Source: Chrysemys picta bellii (taxonomy: Eukaryota). From it: a DNA stretch of 64,000 nucleotides. Each line of letters opens with the position of its first letter. Within the stretch, counting starts at the first letter, position 1. The stretch covers positions 111,848,001-111,912,000 of the forward strand of contig NC_088796.1 in NCBI RefSeq assembly GCF_011386835.1, written 5' to 3'. Positions 1 to 12,546 of the stretch are shown here, in pieces. The notes beneath the pieces are model-generated. The model did no database searches. It saw only the letters and a list, made by a program, of their open reading frames with translations, and was not told where the DNA came from. Position numbers and translations under genes: made by a program.

Positions 1-977
1 CCAAAGCATTTACTAATTGAATATTTTTAGTATCTTTAACTAGCACAATGCAGTTCTTTATCGGCATTGATACTTTTAAGCTTTTAAAAAAGTCTGGGAT
101 CTTCTGAAGTGAGTGGAGTGTATCAACGTTTTTAATTGTATAACCATTAAAGAAGTGGGGGAAATAGCAAAAAAATGGGACCCAGAAACAGAATAGCCAA
201 TGTTGTCAAAAACAGTTTGTGATACTTTAGATCACACAAATAGTTGTTCAATGCATTTTTTCCCCCAAATCAATCATTGAGATTGGTAATTCTATTGTAC
301 TTGTTAGGTACTGAAAGCAAGAATTTATAATTGCATCAGTACTGTACCTCAAACATTAAGGCATTTTCTTCTGCCTCTATAATTTCAGTTGCAGAACAAC
401 CTCTCTCATATGTTCATGCTGTTGCTTTGTTGTTGTAAATTGAGTGTGTTTGGCCATCTGGCCATCCAATTTTTCCTAGTTTTTGGCTAGACAACTGATT
501 ATTGATTGTTTTCAATCCTGCGTTCAGTAAATGTAAAGGAATGAGTGTCTGACACACTACCATGACCCTAGAGAGGGAAGAGCAGCTGAAAACATCTACT
601 GAACTGTACAGCCAAACCAAAAAAATTGATATGAAACAGTTTCAGCATCAAAAGTTGCTCTTATTACTCATAGGGGACGAAGTTTGATATTGCCACATAA
701 ACACTGGGAAATACTGCTGTGCTATCTCTTGGGTACAAAGTGAGTTGACTCATTAAGCTAGCGTAGGCTCAAAGCAACCCATGAAGACAGAGTTAGGAGC
801 AAAACCTCATTTGGTGGCCTATGATTCCACATCCAAAAACATATTGAATTCATCCTAGCTTCACAGTGGTGTATTTTCATTGGCTTCAGTGGAGTCACTC
901 CTGATTTAGACCCACGTAAGGAAGAGCAGAATCTTGCTCATTGTGCCAAAATGCTCTGTGTACCTAAACTCACAAGC

Positions 978-1365
978 AGAACTGGTTGGGAATTTTCCAA
1001 AGAATTTTTTTTTTTTTGTTAAAAATGTTGATTCATCAAAACCAGGGTGGAATTTCTGGAGAGGGAGGGAGGGAGATTGAGAGATATAGCCCCACATCCC
1101 AGAATAGCCAATAGTGTGGTGGTTAGGACACTCACCTGGCACATGGGAAACTGAAGTTTATGTTCCTGGCCTGCATCAGACAGAGCAGGGACTTGAATCT
1201 GGGGCTATCATGTTGCCTAATCACTGAGCTGTTGGCTATTCTGGGGTGTCTCTCTCACTTTCTTTCTCGTTGTGAAAAACGTGCATCATCCAATGCACAA
1301 CAGGAAAAAAATTGAAATCTCAAAAGTATTTGCAGGATAGCAAAAATATTTCCCACTCAGGTCTA
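978..1365. mobile_element. AT-rich foldback/MITE-like element carrying an inverted pair of tRNA-like heads (core 1098-1245)
   Basis: Imperfect terminal inverted repeats (AGAACTGGTTGGGAA at 978; reverse complement of the right end reads AGACCTGAGTGGGAA). Inner inverted repeat CCCAGAATAGCCAATAG / CTGTTGGCTATTCTGGG with A-box- and B-box-like motifs. Confidence 0.55.
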
Positions 1366-2669
1366 CTCACAACTCATCTATGCATGAGAACACATTTGCT
1401 TAATCTTTGCACTTAGTATTTCGGTGAATAATGTGTAGTCCTCAGGCCAAGTGAAACCTGCAGCTTCATTTGGATTATGGCCACCCAACAGCTCCTCTAG
1501 AGGTGCTGTGGATTATGCAAGTTAGGGACTGCTGAACAACGTAAATGTCTTGCTTTGTATGACGCGGAGAGCATCCTAATTACATCATTCTTTTTAATTT
1601 CTAAATTTCCTTACACTTCTTACTTCTTCTCTACGGTTACTATTGCAGGCTTCTTCATTTAAAAACTGCTGCAGTAGTACCAACCCATTCTACAGTGTAG
1701 AAGACAAAGCTAAGGACTCTCATGAGAAAGTGGTTCCACTTAGATTCAGTGCAAGTTTTAACATTTGATACAAATTAGAAAAATTAAGGTGGTCTCTTGG
1801 CATTTTGGAAGAGACAACTGCACCAGATCAGTCTAGAGACTGATATTGCATGCATCTCATTTCATAGCTGTGTCAATTACTAGAGCAAACTTATATTTTT
1901 GTGTCTCCATAAAGAGTATATCAGCAAAATTCAAAAGTCCTCACTTTGATCCACTTGATTTTATACTGGATTTTGGTATTAGTTGTGAATCTCATCTTAT
2001 ATTTTTGAAAAATTTGTGAGCAGGGCTGTGATTTCACTAGATCCCTCCTTTTACCACCCTTGCCTTTTGTGTGACAGTCATCTACCCATCTACAACAGGT
2101 TCCTTGTGAAGGTCCATGGTACAGGTCACTGCTCCCCAAACCTAAAAGGCCATTCTGGAGTGTGGCATGAGCAGGAAGCCCCTGACTCATGTTGCTAGTT
2201 GGAGACAACACTGAATATGGGACTAAGAGAAGCCTCATAATCCCTAGTGTTTAGTTAATATCAGAAGCTAGATAATCCTTGTGAGTTTCCCAGCAACCAC
2301 ATACAAGGGAATCTGGAGACCTTATGCTAAGTAGAGCCAGTGGCTAGTTGAGGAAGCAGTACTTAGTTGCCAGGCTGCATTCAGCATACCCAGAAGAGCC
2401 TTCAGAGTTTGGAGAGAGGGGACATTGAAGATCTTGCTGCATGGAGGAGAAACAAAGTATGTGATGATCCCTAAAGACCAGGGAGGGAAGAGGAGTTAAA
2501 TGATCCCCAGAGTCTTTGGAGAACATCAGATGTAAGGTGGAGGGTGCTTGAGCGGTGTGAGAAGGAGAGGAGATAAGAGTCCATTTTGGAGTTTCATGCT
2601 CGTCAAACTGAAGCATCCTTCAGGAAAGTCACAATGCCAGAAAAGGAGGTAATCCGGGAATGAACTAGA

Positions 2670-3170
2670 TCCCCAAAAGAATGTGAAAGGAGTTTCAGAG
2701 CACTTTTCTGGCTCCCTGTAAAGAAGACACCTGAGACAAGAAAGGACCAATACTTTATACTGTGCAGTGCGTCATGAATAAGAAGCGAGATCTTAAAAGA
2801 TATGGTAGCATTTACGTGAGAGAGAAATGATACACCAGTAAATATAGAATATGTGGGAAAACATGTTTTCGGCATGTCTCGGCAAAAGCGGGAGCTTATA
2901 GTCCATCAGAGAATCCACAGAAGGGAGAGATCCTATCGCTTAGCCAAAAGCAGAACCATTGTTGTGTCTTACTAGACACCAGAGAATGTACACACAGGAA
3001 GGCATCTCTATACATGTCCTCCAAAACTTCAGTCAAAGATCAAATTACAACTAGAAATGAGCCCCCATTCCTGTCCTGAATGTGAGAAAACTTTCACTTA
3101 GCTATCAAAGTTACTGCACACTAGAGAGAGAGAATCCCTATACCTGTCCTCTATGTGAAAAAAATGTAGC
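2670..3170 (+). pseudogene. Decayed C2H2 zinc-finger array (KRAB-ZNF-type pseudogene remnant)
   Basis: Manual translation gives finger and linker fragments: ICGKTCF (~2850), HQRIHRRERSYR (2904-2939), RHQRMYT (~2975), CPECEKTFT (3072-3098), PYTCPLCEK (3136-3162). They are broken by stops and frameshifts. Confidence 0.75.
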
Positions 3171-3197
3171 CCGTGTTCTGTTCTGAAAAGTGGCTTA

Positions 3198-3412
3198 GGG
3201 TTGGCCTATAAAGTTGGACGAGTGTAACTAAATCAGTTAAAAATTGACAGTTTAGGAACCCAGCTCGATTTTCAGATTCTAATTTGCTGGATTAAGCTAA
3301 ATCTATGTAAATGAGGCTTAAAGTGGTGTAAGCGAGGTTTTCACTGTAATAATTAGATTAATTTAAAATTGATTTAGTTACACTGGTCCAACTTTTCTAA
3401 TATAGACAAACC
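3198..3412. mobile_element. PIF/Harbinger-like MITE
   Basis: Subterminal inverted repeat AGTGTAACTAAATC / GATTTAGTTACACT. The right end TATAGACAAACC resembles the Harbinger GGCTTGTCTACA-type TIR. TTA lies on the left flank and TTG on the right. Confidence 0.6.
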
Positions 3413-4529
3413 TTTGGCAAAAATAGTACAGTGAAGATCCAATGTTTATTTTCTTTCAATTACTTCCTTTTCTAATATTCCCAATTTATAAATTAAGAGG
3501 GAAAGCCTATCTTCCACCCCTGGAAACCTAATGTACAATCAGAAAATCAAGCTGGGTTCTTTCCGGCTGACTCAACATTAACAAACATTCTGTAGCTGGA
3601 ACTTAGTTAATAGGAGTGATGATGAATAAGCCAGCACAAAATCTAGCTTACTCTTTCAGAGATGTGTTGGCTCTGCAGAACTAGCAGAAGCATAAAGGAG
3701 AAAAACTTACTTTAGTCAGTAATATCAATAATTAAACTCCTGAATGCACACAGAGAACAGTTTAATCAACTGCAACCTTCCCAGGTTGATTAAACAGGTA
3801 TCAGCACCATGGCAACCCCAAGGGTCACTACTACAGGAGAAACAAAGGACATCTAAGCAAACCAAGGAGAACATTGGCTCTCTTTTTCTTGAGGACATCT
3901 AAAATGGCCATAAGTAGTGCTTCTGTGCTGACTAAAGTAACTCATGCCCACCTTGTCTCTGACAGTGAAAAACATGAACAAATACAGGATATGGGTAGAT
4001 ACATTTCAATTATGGAAGAAACCACTGCTGAAGGAATTATTTTGAGAACAAGTGGCCATGTAATCAGAAAGACATCAAGGCTCACAGATAATAATTACGG
4101 ACTGATTTGTTTGTGGTTGCTGTGTTTTATTTTCATTTTAAAAAAAGATAGTAATTGATACTGACCCCCACTATGTGATGCGATATTCACATCTGGAACC
4201 TGGACCCATGATAGATGAGTAGGGCCAGGAAATAGCGTTCAGTCTGTTACCAGCATTTCTGTGTGTTATATCTTTATTATACAGCTGTCACCCACCCCAA
4301 ACTCCCACATGCACTTGTCTCCTCACAGTTTCCTATCTAATTTCCAAACTAGAAGGCAGAAGGGTAACTATCTTTCATTTAGAACAGCCTGGCATCAGTC
4401 CCCTTGGAAATAATGACAGTTGGTGGCCCTTTTGAGTAAGGGCAAAAGCTTGCAAGATTGCTGCTGAGCATTGGGACATCATCTGTTCCATTCTCTGCCT
4501 GTGGCACATAATAGTTTAGTCTTCTGAGG

Positions 4530-4670
4530 GCTCTAATACTTTGGTCTAGGTCCAGTTGTTGGGCTTGGAGTGGAAATGGCTGGGTGGTGTTAGTGACCTG
4601 TATATATCAGAGGTCAGACTAGATGATATTGTGGCCCTTTCTAGCCTTAAATTCTATGTATGACTATGAC
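4530..4670 (+). mobile_element. CR1 LINE 3' end fragment
   Basis: GAGGTCAGACTAGATGAT...CCCTTTCTAGCCTTAAATTCTATG matches the CR1 3' UTR pattern also seen at 39890-39930 and, reversed, at 11050. Confidence 0.65.
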
Positions 4671-4875
4671 TCTATTAGATGCTTTATAAAAAACATCTAA
4701 AATTGTGAGAATTGCAACACTATTGTTCAAGTTGGCAACTCAAGATACTTTCAAAGGGGAGCAATTAATTCCCCTCCATGTAGACAGATCTAGATGAAAC
4801 TTTAAGTGAACATAGCAGTGTATACATAGTTGTTACATCTTCCAATTTTTTCATGAGACTCAAGATTTTAGGTAG

Positions 4876-5411
4876 CGTTATGGGTTGGGTTAAACCTCAT
4901 TCAAACTGAAGGGCAGCCACCCTCCCGTTCAGGCTAAATGAGGGATCAGGAGCAGTTACATGTCCATTTGTTTCATAATAGCCCAAACAATAGATCCTCA
5001 TGTCAAGGCTGAGCAGAAGCCATGCTATGGGAGCTGAGAGGTTTCCTGGGGACTGATATAACAAACGCATGGACTGGGGCATTCATTGGTCGAGCTGTGT
5101 GTTTGAGAAAAGCAGGAAAAAACAGGGCCAAAAAAGCCAAGGACAAAATCAGAACCAGAACAATGGTAACATGGCCTTTAGAAAAGCTAAGAGAAAGCTT
5201 TTGACTGGAAAGGGGCTTGGAACTGGGAGCAAAGACTCTCTCTCTGTCTCTCTCTCTTGTTCGATTCCTGCAGTGTTTGAGGAAACAGGACTTTGGAAAT
5301 AAACAGCATTGCATCAAAGAAACCCGACTCCATCTTCAGTTTCTCCTCCTAAAGTAAACCTTCCCCCAACACCCTGAATTTGCTATCCACTTGGGTCAAA
5401 AATGGGTAACA
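4876..5411 (+). mobile_element. Old solo LTR-like element
   Basis: Starts CGTTA (decayed TGTTA) and ends GGGTAACA. Internal AATAAA at about 5298. Flanks GTAG/GTAT may be a decayed 4-bp TSD. Confidence 0.4.
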
Positions 5412-6748
5412 GTATTTCAGACAGCTGGCGTAATCTTGTGATCTTATTAAAAATGGCTTCCATTTGCTAATATTTATAGTGGGACTCAAGGCAGCCTGCC
5501 CTCAGGTATGAAAGCCCTTTCAGAGTGGAAATGTAGTTTCCCCTATGGGCAACTCCATTTCTCCTTGTGTTGTAGTTAGGCAGGAAATGGGGTGGGGTGG
5601 GAGGGGAGAGTTGAGAAATGTGAGGGGACAGGGCAAAGGAATGAGAAGCAATAGGAAAAGTGCAGGGGGTAAAGTAGAGGAATATTAGGGTGGCCGAGAA
5701 TGATGCTGTGAGGGGTCAGGGAAACGTTGGAGAGTATGGAGTGAGAAGGCAGGGGGCAGAACGCTGGTGGTTCTCGGCTCTGAGTGACCTTTGTGCCGTT
5801 CTAGTTGTGCAAAGGCATCTCAGGCAGGCTGCTGAGCATTATCTCACTGCCCTGAAGTGCTACACCAGCTGTATATCACCTACTCCTCTACTTTACATAT
5901 AGACGACAAATCATGTTAGGAAGGAGTGTGGAAGGGCTGAGCTCCAGCCCTTAGGATGTTCTAAATTATACCAGGGGGAGCTTTTTGGCTCCCCGAGGCC
6001 CATGATCAGGCCCTACTTCCCCCCACTAGCTGTTCTAAGAGTGAGCTTGGTGTGGCTCATGTTCTAGCTCATAATTTTTGAACTCTTAGGGTTGGTAGTG
6101 CTGAGGGCATAGATGTGCCAACTGTCAAATATTGAATTGAAAGAACAGGTACAACCTAGCTGTCATCTTTGTGGTACACTCTGTGTGCCATTCTGTATGG
6201 ATTAACAGAGATGAGCCTATAATGCCAAAAAAAAAAAAAAAAAGCCTAGGACTATTTGACTGAATTGTTTCAATGAATTCACTTTGGCTGTATTTGTATC
6301 CTTGTTTTTGTTGGTTTGCTGGGGATGTATATGTGAACAGCATAAAGGATTAAGGAAAGTTTTCTACCAGCATTTGCCTTAGAAATCTGATTAAAAGAGT
6401 TACATTTGTCCAGTAAGTGAAGGAACAATACTACATCACTAGTATGAATTACCACTAACCAACTCACCTTAATTTTAAATAGCAAGCTTTTGAGTTAAAC
6501 AATTGTAAAAAGATAATCAACTATCGTTGAATAACAAACAAAACTGAAAAAAATCACAATCCATTTGAAGGCGTTCTGATGAACAGAATAAAGGCAAAGT
6601 CTGTAGACTAAATCTAGTGATTAGGTTGTAAGTGCTCAGATACTGTTGTGAGGAATGCAGTTTAAATACCTACATACGTGAAATCCACCTTTAAATAGAA
6701 TGGCTGTGGTTTTGTTTTTCATTGTTTAGTGTGTGTTGGGATTCCCTT

Positions 6749-7830
6749 TGTGACCCGTGGTGCCTGGGGCGGCCCTCTCTGGAAATGCCAAGATCAGGGT
6801 AGGCTGCAAAAGGGAGAAAAGATACTCCCAAGACTGGTGAGTAACATTGAAGTTAAACCTCCCAACCAGTCACAAACTGTGCTTCTGGTTATTAAGAAGC
6901 AAAACAAACAAACAAACAAAAGAAATCACACAGTCCCCTTTGTTGCATTCCAGTCTCTGGCTCCCAATCAGCACCTAGGTTCAGTACAGTGAGAAGTTAT
7001 TTTAAACTCTGCTCACATATACAAAATGTTCTTCTGACCCCAAAGCGTCAGCCACATCATCAGGTCAGTAGAGGTTTGGATCTTACCCAAAATACCACGC
7101 TGCCAGCCAATCCTTTAGTGTCTAACACTAAAGGTTTATTATAAAGAAGAAAGAAAGAACAAAAAGAGAGATGTTAAATGGTAAAACAGTCACATACATA
7201 CAAAGACTTCAAAGTCCATATATCAGGTTCCTAGCAGTATTGTTGAGTTTGCTGTCTTGAAAATCCCTCTGGAATACATCCACAGCTTGGATGGGTCATT
7301 CAGTCCTTTGTTCAAAGCTTTAGTTTGTAGCAAAGTTCCTCTAGAGGTAAGAAGCAGGATTGAAGACAAAATGAAGAAGATGCAGCTGCCTTTTATAGTC
7401 TTTTGCCCTGCGGCCTGTGCTTCCTTTGTTTCAAACACAAGCTGCCCAGCACATGGCTTGAGTTCTGTCCATGGGCATGCCCCTGCATGACTTGCTGAGT
7501 CATAAGGTGTATCTGCCTTCTCTCAATGGGTCAATTGTATAGCTGATGGCCCTTGATGAGCCATCAAGCAAGCTAGGCAGTGCTGATGCCAAACTGTCTG
7601 GGGGTGTCACCCAGAAGCATAGCACAAGTTTTGTAATACAGATATGCATACATATCTATAACCCAAAATACAAAGGTGATACAAACACATAAATGAGATG
7701 ATCATATATGGCAAATTATAATATTTTTGCAGATATATTACATGGCATATCTGGCACAGTTCATTGCAATTTTACAATACTGATATTCATAGTATCCTAA
7801 AGTATCCCCCAGATTCCTTACAGCATCACA
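6749..7830 (-). mobile_element. Solo LTR (~1.08 kb)
   Basis: TGTGA...TCACA termini. AATAAA on the minus strand (TTTATT at ~7135). No internal coding sequence and no clean TSD (CCCTT/CCCGC). Confidence 0.65.
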
Positions 7831-9837
7831 CCCGCTGAGACTTTTTCCACTTGGCTTCTCCAGAATACCTCGTCCAGTTCTGGGAGAACACTTCATCCAG
7901 TTCTCTGGGATCCAAAAATCTCAGTTTAACTCCAGCTCATGACTCAGGTTACTTTATTACACATGTAACAGCGCTATGCCATGCTGGCCTGGCCCAGATA
8001 CAGGGGATTTAGGTACAGGGTGATACTACAACTCCAAATCATGTCTCACTACACAGTTTATATACTTTTTTTTCTAGCTATTAACATCTATACTTCTTGA
8101 ATCAAATTGGTTGGACATCGTACAGATCATGTAAGGATCAATTGCTTTTCAGACCGTGTAAGGACCAATCACGCATATCCTCACCTTATCTACATTTCAA
8201 GCTTATCAGTTCACTGTGGTCCTACTTCTCTCAACTACCCCAAAAACACCATTTCCAGCCCAGTCTGTCACAGTCTTGTTTACAGTTTAACCTGGCTCTC
8301 AAATAAGCTATATGCAAGTTTACTTATGCCCAACAAGATCTATGCCTACAGTGTGGAGATTCAGAAAATCTGCCATAAATTTTGAAATCTTTTCAAAACT
8401 AATCTAAATGCACATGAAACTCCTTGTTCTGGAAATTAAGCAAGAAATCTCATGGCAACTAAATTTCTCATGAGAAATTTGTAGTAATTAGTTTAGTGCT
8501 CTAGTGGACAAGCACTTTTATGTGAGAATCACCTTTCTTGGTGTATTTTCATATTTCTATACCAGATTTTCTCATGTACCAAGATCTGCTCAGTGCAGGA
8601 TGGAATGGGGGGCCCAGGAGGGAGCAGGTTATGGCTCCCTCATTCTCATGGTACATTTGTCCTTTTCCAGGTCCAGGCCTAGGTGGAGCAGTCTAGGGTC
8701 TTCTCTAACTTATATTAATTAGCATGATCCCTAAGGAACCGTATGCCCGTGGCGGATAGCTATGCCACAGTACCCTCCAGCCTTATTCTCTTGTCATTCT
8801 GACAAGCCTCTCACACATATATGATGCCAGGACTGAGTGGAGTGTTTTTTGTTTGTTTTTGTCTTTTTTTTAAAACAAAACAAAACAAAAAACCCCATAA
8901 ATGATTCCAGCAGAGCCCTGGGTTAACTGAAATTTCAACTGTGCTGGGGGAAGTCTCAGATGGCTTGATCTGGCTGCTTTCCAGACCTTTTGCTTCTCCA
9001 TCCAAAACCCCTTGAAGATACCCTCGATAAGTGTATAAGACCCTCCTAAAGTGATGGAGCACACCAGAAGATACTGTTTTGTATGGTAGGCAGGGGATCC
9101 ATTTTTGGAAGGGATCCTCAGCACATATATTTGGAGGCACAATCTCAGTGAGGATTTAGCTGTATGTGAGTAGTCCTACTGAAAACAATGGGACTACTCA
9201 CATGAGTAAGGACAGCTTGTGTGAACAAGTACTGTAAGATTTGACCCTAGTTGTAACCATCTTGGGTTCATTAAATAACAAACCAGTGAATGAGAGAGGA
9301 ATAAAACAGAGCGTCTCTAGTGAACTGCTGCACACAACCCTGGCTCCAGAGCGGATCTCCAAATTCCCAGACTCACAACACAGTCCCTTATGAGGGAGCA
9401 TCTCTCATAACCATATCGCTTCACTAGTTGTATCAAGGTTAGACACTGGGTTCTTTAAAATCCCATCCTTACCAAAGAGTCATGAGAAATATATCTACAC
9501 TGATTTACTAGTACACACTGTAATCTTTTAAAACTGGATACCATATTCTAATTGTCTTTCTAACTGACCATCCCTGTTAATTTCAACTCTATGAACAAGC
9601 AATATCCACATAATAACAATGTTATATATAGGCAGGAAATAGGAAACCCACACATGGCCAGCATTCAGTAAGCAGTGATTGTTTGAATCCACAGAACAGT
9701 TCATATAAATGTTCCATAATGTTAAAAGTTATTTATTAAACAGTTGATACATGTTTTAGATGGTCTTAGATTCAAGGTGCCCCTAATAATTCATTAGTAA
9801 TAATAATACCTACCTTTTGTTTTGATTTTTGTCATAG

Positions 9838-9891
9838 ATTTCAGAGCACTTTTCTTCAAGGGAAGACTGGAAAGGAATCTCTTCTCTTCTG
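9838..9891 (+). CDS. Candidate 54-nt internal exon of an unidentified gene
   Basis: Long pyrimidine tract TTTTGTTTTGATTTTTGTCATAG acceptor and CTG|GTAAGA donor. Length is a multiple of 3 and all three frames are open. Product not recognised. Confidence 0.3.
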
Positions 9892-10732
9892 GTAAGATGT
9901 CCAGGATACGAACCTCAGTTCATGGAAAGTCTTTTACAAATATCGTCTGAGTCACTAATTAAATTCTCTCTCTTCTAATTAAATGATTTCTCTTCTTGGA
10001 TCTTTAAAATGTCTTTGTTTAAGTTTAAGTCAGGACGGGCTTGCTCCACAAATAGTTATCTATTGGCAGGCCTTAATTAGATGGGCTGTTCACAGTTAAT
10101 GACCCAGTCCAAGCAGTCATCAGCATGGAAGGTTGTTACTTCATCTCTGTGACCCTTCTGCCTTATGCAGTATAGACTCTTTCCCAGCCAGACAAAGAAA
10201 CCTTTGCCAGTAAATCTATTATCACTGAACTGTTTCACCTAGAGCAGAGTGTAATGGAGCTTGGAGCTGAAGCTCTTGGTAGCATCTTTTATCATCCTTC
10301 TATCAGGGGTTGAATCCAAGGAAATCACATTGTTCCTGGCACCCCTTCTGGTTTCCGTGGCTTTCTGTCAGCTAATTACCATTAGGAGAGCAAATGAACT
10401 AAGTTCAGCCTAAGGTCTATACTATATTCAAGGCCAAAAAGCTGTCAGTGAGCATTTGGAGTGGCAGAACCTGGCCTTATCTTTCTTTCCCTCCTCTTGT
10501 AACCTGCAGTGGCTAGAATGGCTGAAAAAGTGGGTGGTGTTGAAAAAGTGGGTGGCAAGGAAAATGATGAGGCCAGGTCATTCGGGAAGGGGCTGCTTCA
10601 CTGCATCTCCTCAGCAGCTTCCATCAGCAGCAATCCTATGGTATCCCCTTGCTGATTTCAAAGCTGTCTTCTCTTGGCAGAAGCACCAAGGAAGGGTAAG
10701 AAGCAGAAACACCTTCCAGCCCTGTCTCAGGG

Positions 10733-10979
10733 TTAATTGCACCTCTGGCGTAAGGTGCAAATCATGTCTTCATGTGCCAATTTCTGTGAATCCAACTCAA
10801 TCTGCATAATAATCTCAGAATTAACTGATGTAATTGTTGCAAGATCCTCATGTAATCGCCCCATTCCACCTAAAGTTTTAGGAAGCAAGCCTTGGAGAAA
10901 ATATGTCAAGAATTCGACCTCAAAAGCTAATTTGGTCTCAACAACTTTTGTCAGCTGAAGTATGACCCGATTACATTTC
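10733..10979 (-). CDS. Candidate terminal coding exon (81 aa, KCNRVILQL...TLRQRCN*) of an unidentified gene
   Basis: Acceptor CATTCATTTCTACAG|G followed by 81 open codons to TAA with protein-like composition. No suitably placed start codon, so it is absent from the ORF track. Confidence 0.35.
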
Positions 10980-11047
10980 CTGTAGAAATGAATGCCTGCT
11001 ATTCAACTACTGCAGATGTCACCTCCCTCTGAGCATTCTCATCTCAA

Positions 11048-11621
11048 ATTCATAGATTCCAAAGCCAGAAGGGACAATTGCGATCATCTTAGTCTGATCT
11101 CCTGGATAACACCAGCCACAGGGCATCATCAGAATAACTCCTATTTACCCCGACTGTTAACAGTTTACACCTTATTTCTGAATATACACCTAATATCTTA
11201 ATTTGTTTAGCTTCAACTTCCAGCCACTGGACGGTGTTATACCTTTATCTGCTAGATTGAAGAGCCCATTATTCAATATTTGTTCCCCATGTAAGTACTT
11301 ATGGACTACAGTCAAGTCACCCCTTAATTAAGCTAAATAGTTTGAGCTACTTGAGTCTATCACTATAAGGCATGTTTTCTAATTTTTTAATCATTCTTGT
11401 GGCTCTTCTCTGAACCCTTTATAATTTATCAACATCCTTCTCAAATTGTGGACACCAGAACTGGACACAATATTCCAGGAGAAGTCACACCAGTGCCAAA
11501 TACATAAGTAAAATAACCTTGCTATTCCTTAGCAAGATTCTGCTGTTTATGCATCCAAGGATTGCATCAGCATCACACTGGGAACTTATGTTCAGCTAAT
11601 AATCCATCACAACATCCAAAT
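11048..11621 (-). mobile_element. CR1 LINE 3' fragment
   Basis: Reverse-complement CR1 3' end (TCATAGATTCCAAAGCCAGAAGGGAC) followed by decayed ORF2 C-terminal sequence such as GGACACCAGAACTGGACACAATATTCCAG. Confidence 0.85.
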
Positions 11622-12546
11622 ATTGTTCAGAAATCTCATTTTTCATATATTTATGTTGCTTCGAATATCTAAATAATTAGAGACTTTAAAATGCAGCTCT
11701 TATTTCCCCTCTTCTTCCTCCCCTTCCCCCACACAAATACAAATAGTTAAAACAATTTGTTCTTGTGAGTTAAGTGCTTGTTAAGCCTACTGTTGAAACC
11801 AGTGATTGTACCATAGTGTTGAGAAGTGTTCTTTAAAAATATTTACATTAGAAATTAGGAAACCAGCAGAGTCACATCGAGCCAAGCACTTTGCCACTCG
11901 TGTAACTTTGAAGTAATTGGGACTATGCCTATTTCTATGTCTATTAAAGTTAGGCATATGCTTTGATGGATAAAGGCTCATCAATCAACTTGAAATCTAG
12001 TTACTTTTAAAAAAAAAGATATTAAAGTAATTTTAGGTACTACAGCTGACCCCAATCCCCCCTGCCCATTTTGTTGGTTTTACAGTCACATTTTCCTATG
12101 TTTAAAAATGTTTTCCCCCTCTCCTATTGCTATGTGAATGACCCACGCAAACAATAGGAAAAGCTGACTAACCCAACCGACAGGAGAAATTGTGAAACTG
12201 ACTATACACTAGAGTCTGTCAAATGCATGAAGTAAATGCACTGAAAAAAAAAAAGATGTTTTTTCTTGTCTTTCAATTTTTGTAATTGTAGGGGTTACTT
12301 GTACCAAGAGCAGGTTAAAAAGAAATTTTGGTTAGAGCTGTAATTTTTAAATTATGTAAGTTTACATTAATTTAATACAACTCGCATAGACACACAGTAT
12401 GAGTAGCCAACAAAAAAACTTCAGTTTTAGTCATGGTCAATATGAAGAAGTTACCTAACTTGCTCCTCAAAAATCCTTTTTTTCTCGGTGTTCATTACAT
12501 CATTTATAGTGGTTGGTGATTTTTTTATTTTTATTTTTTACTTCAG

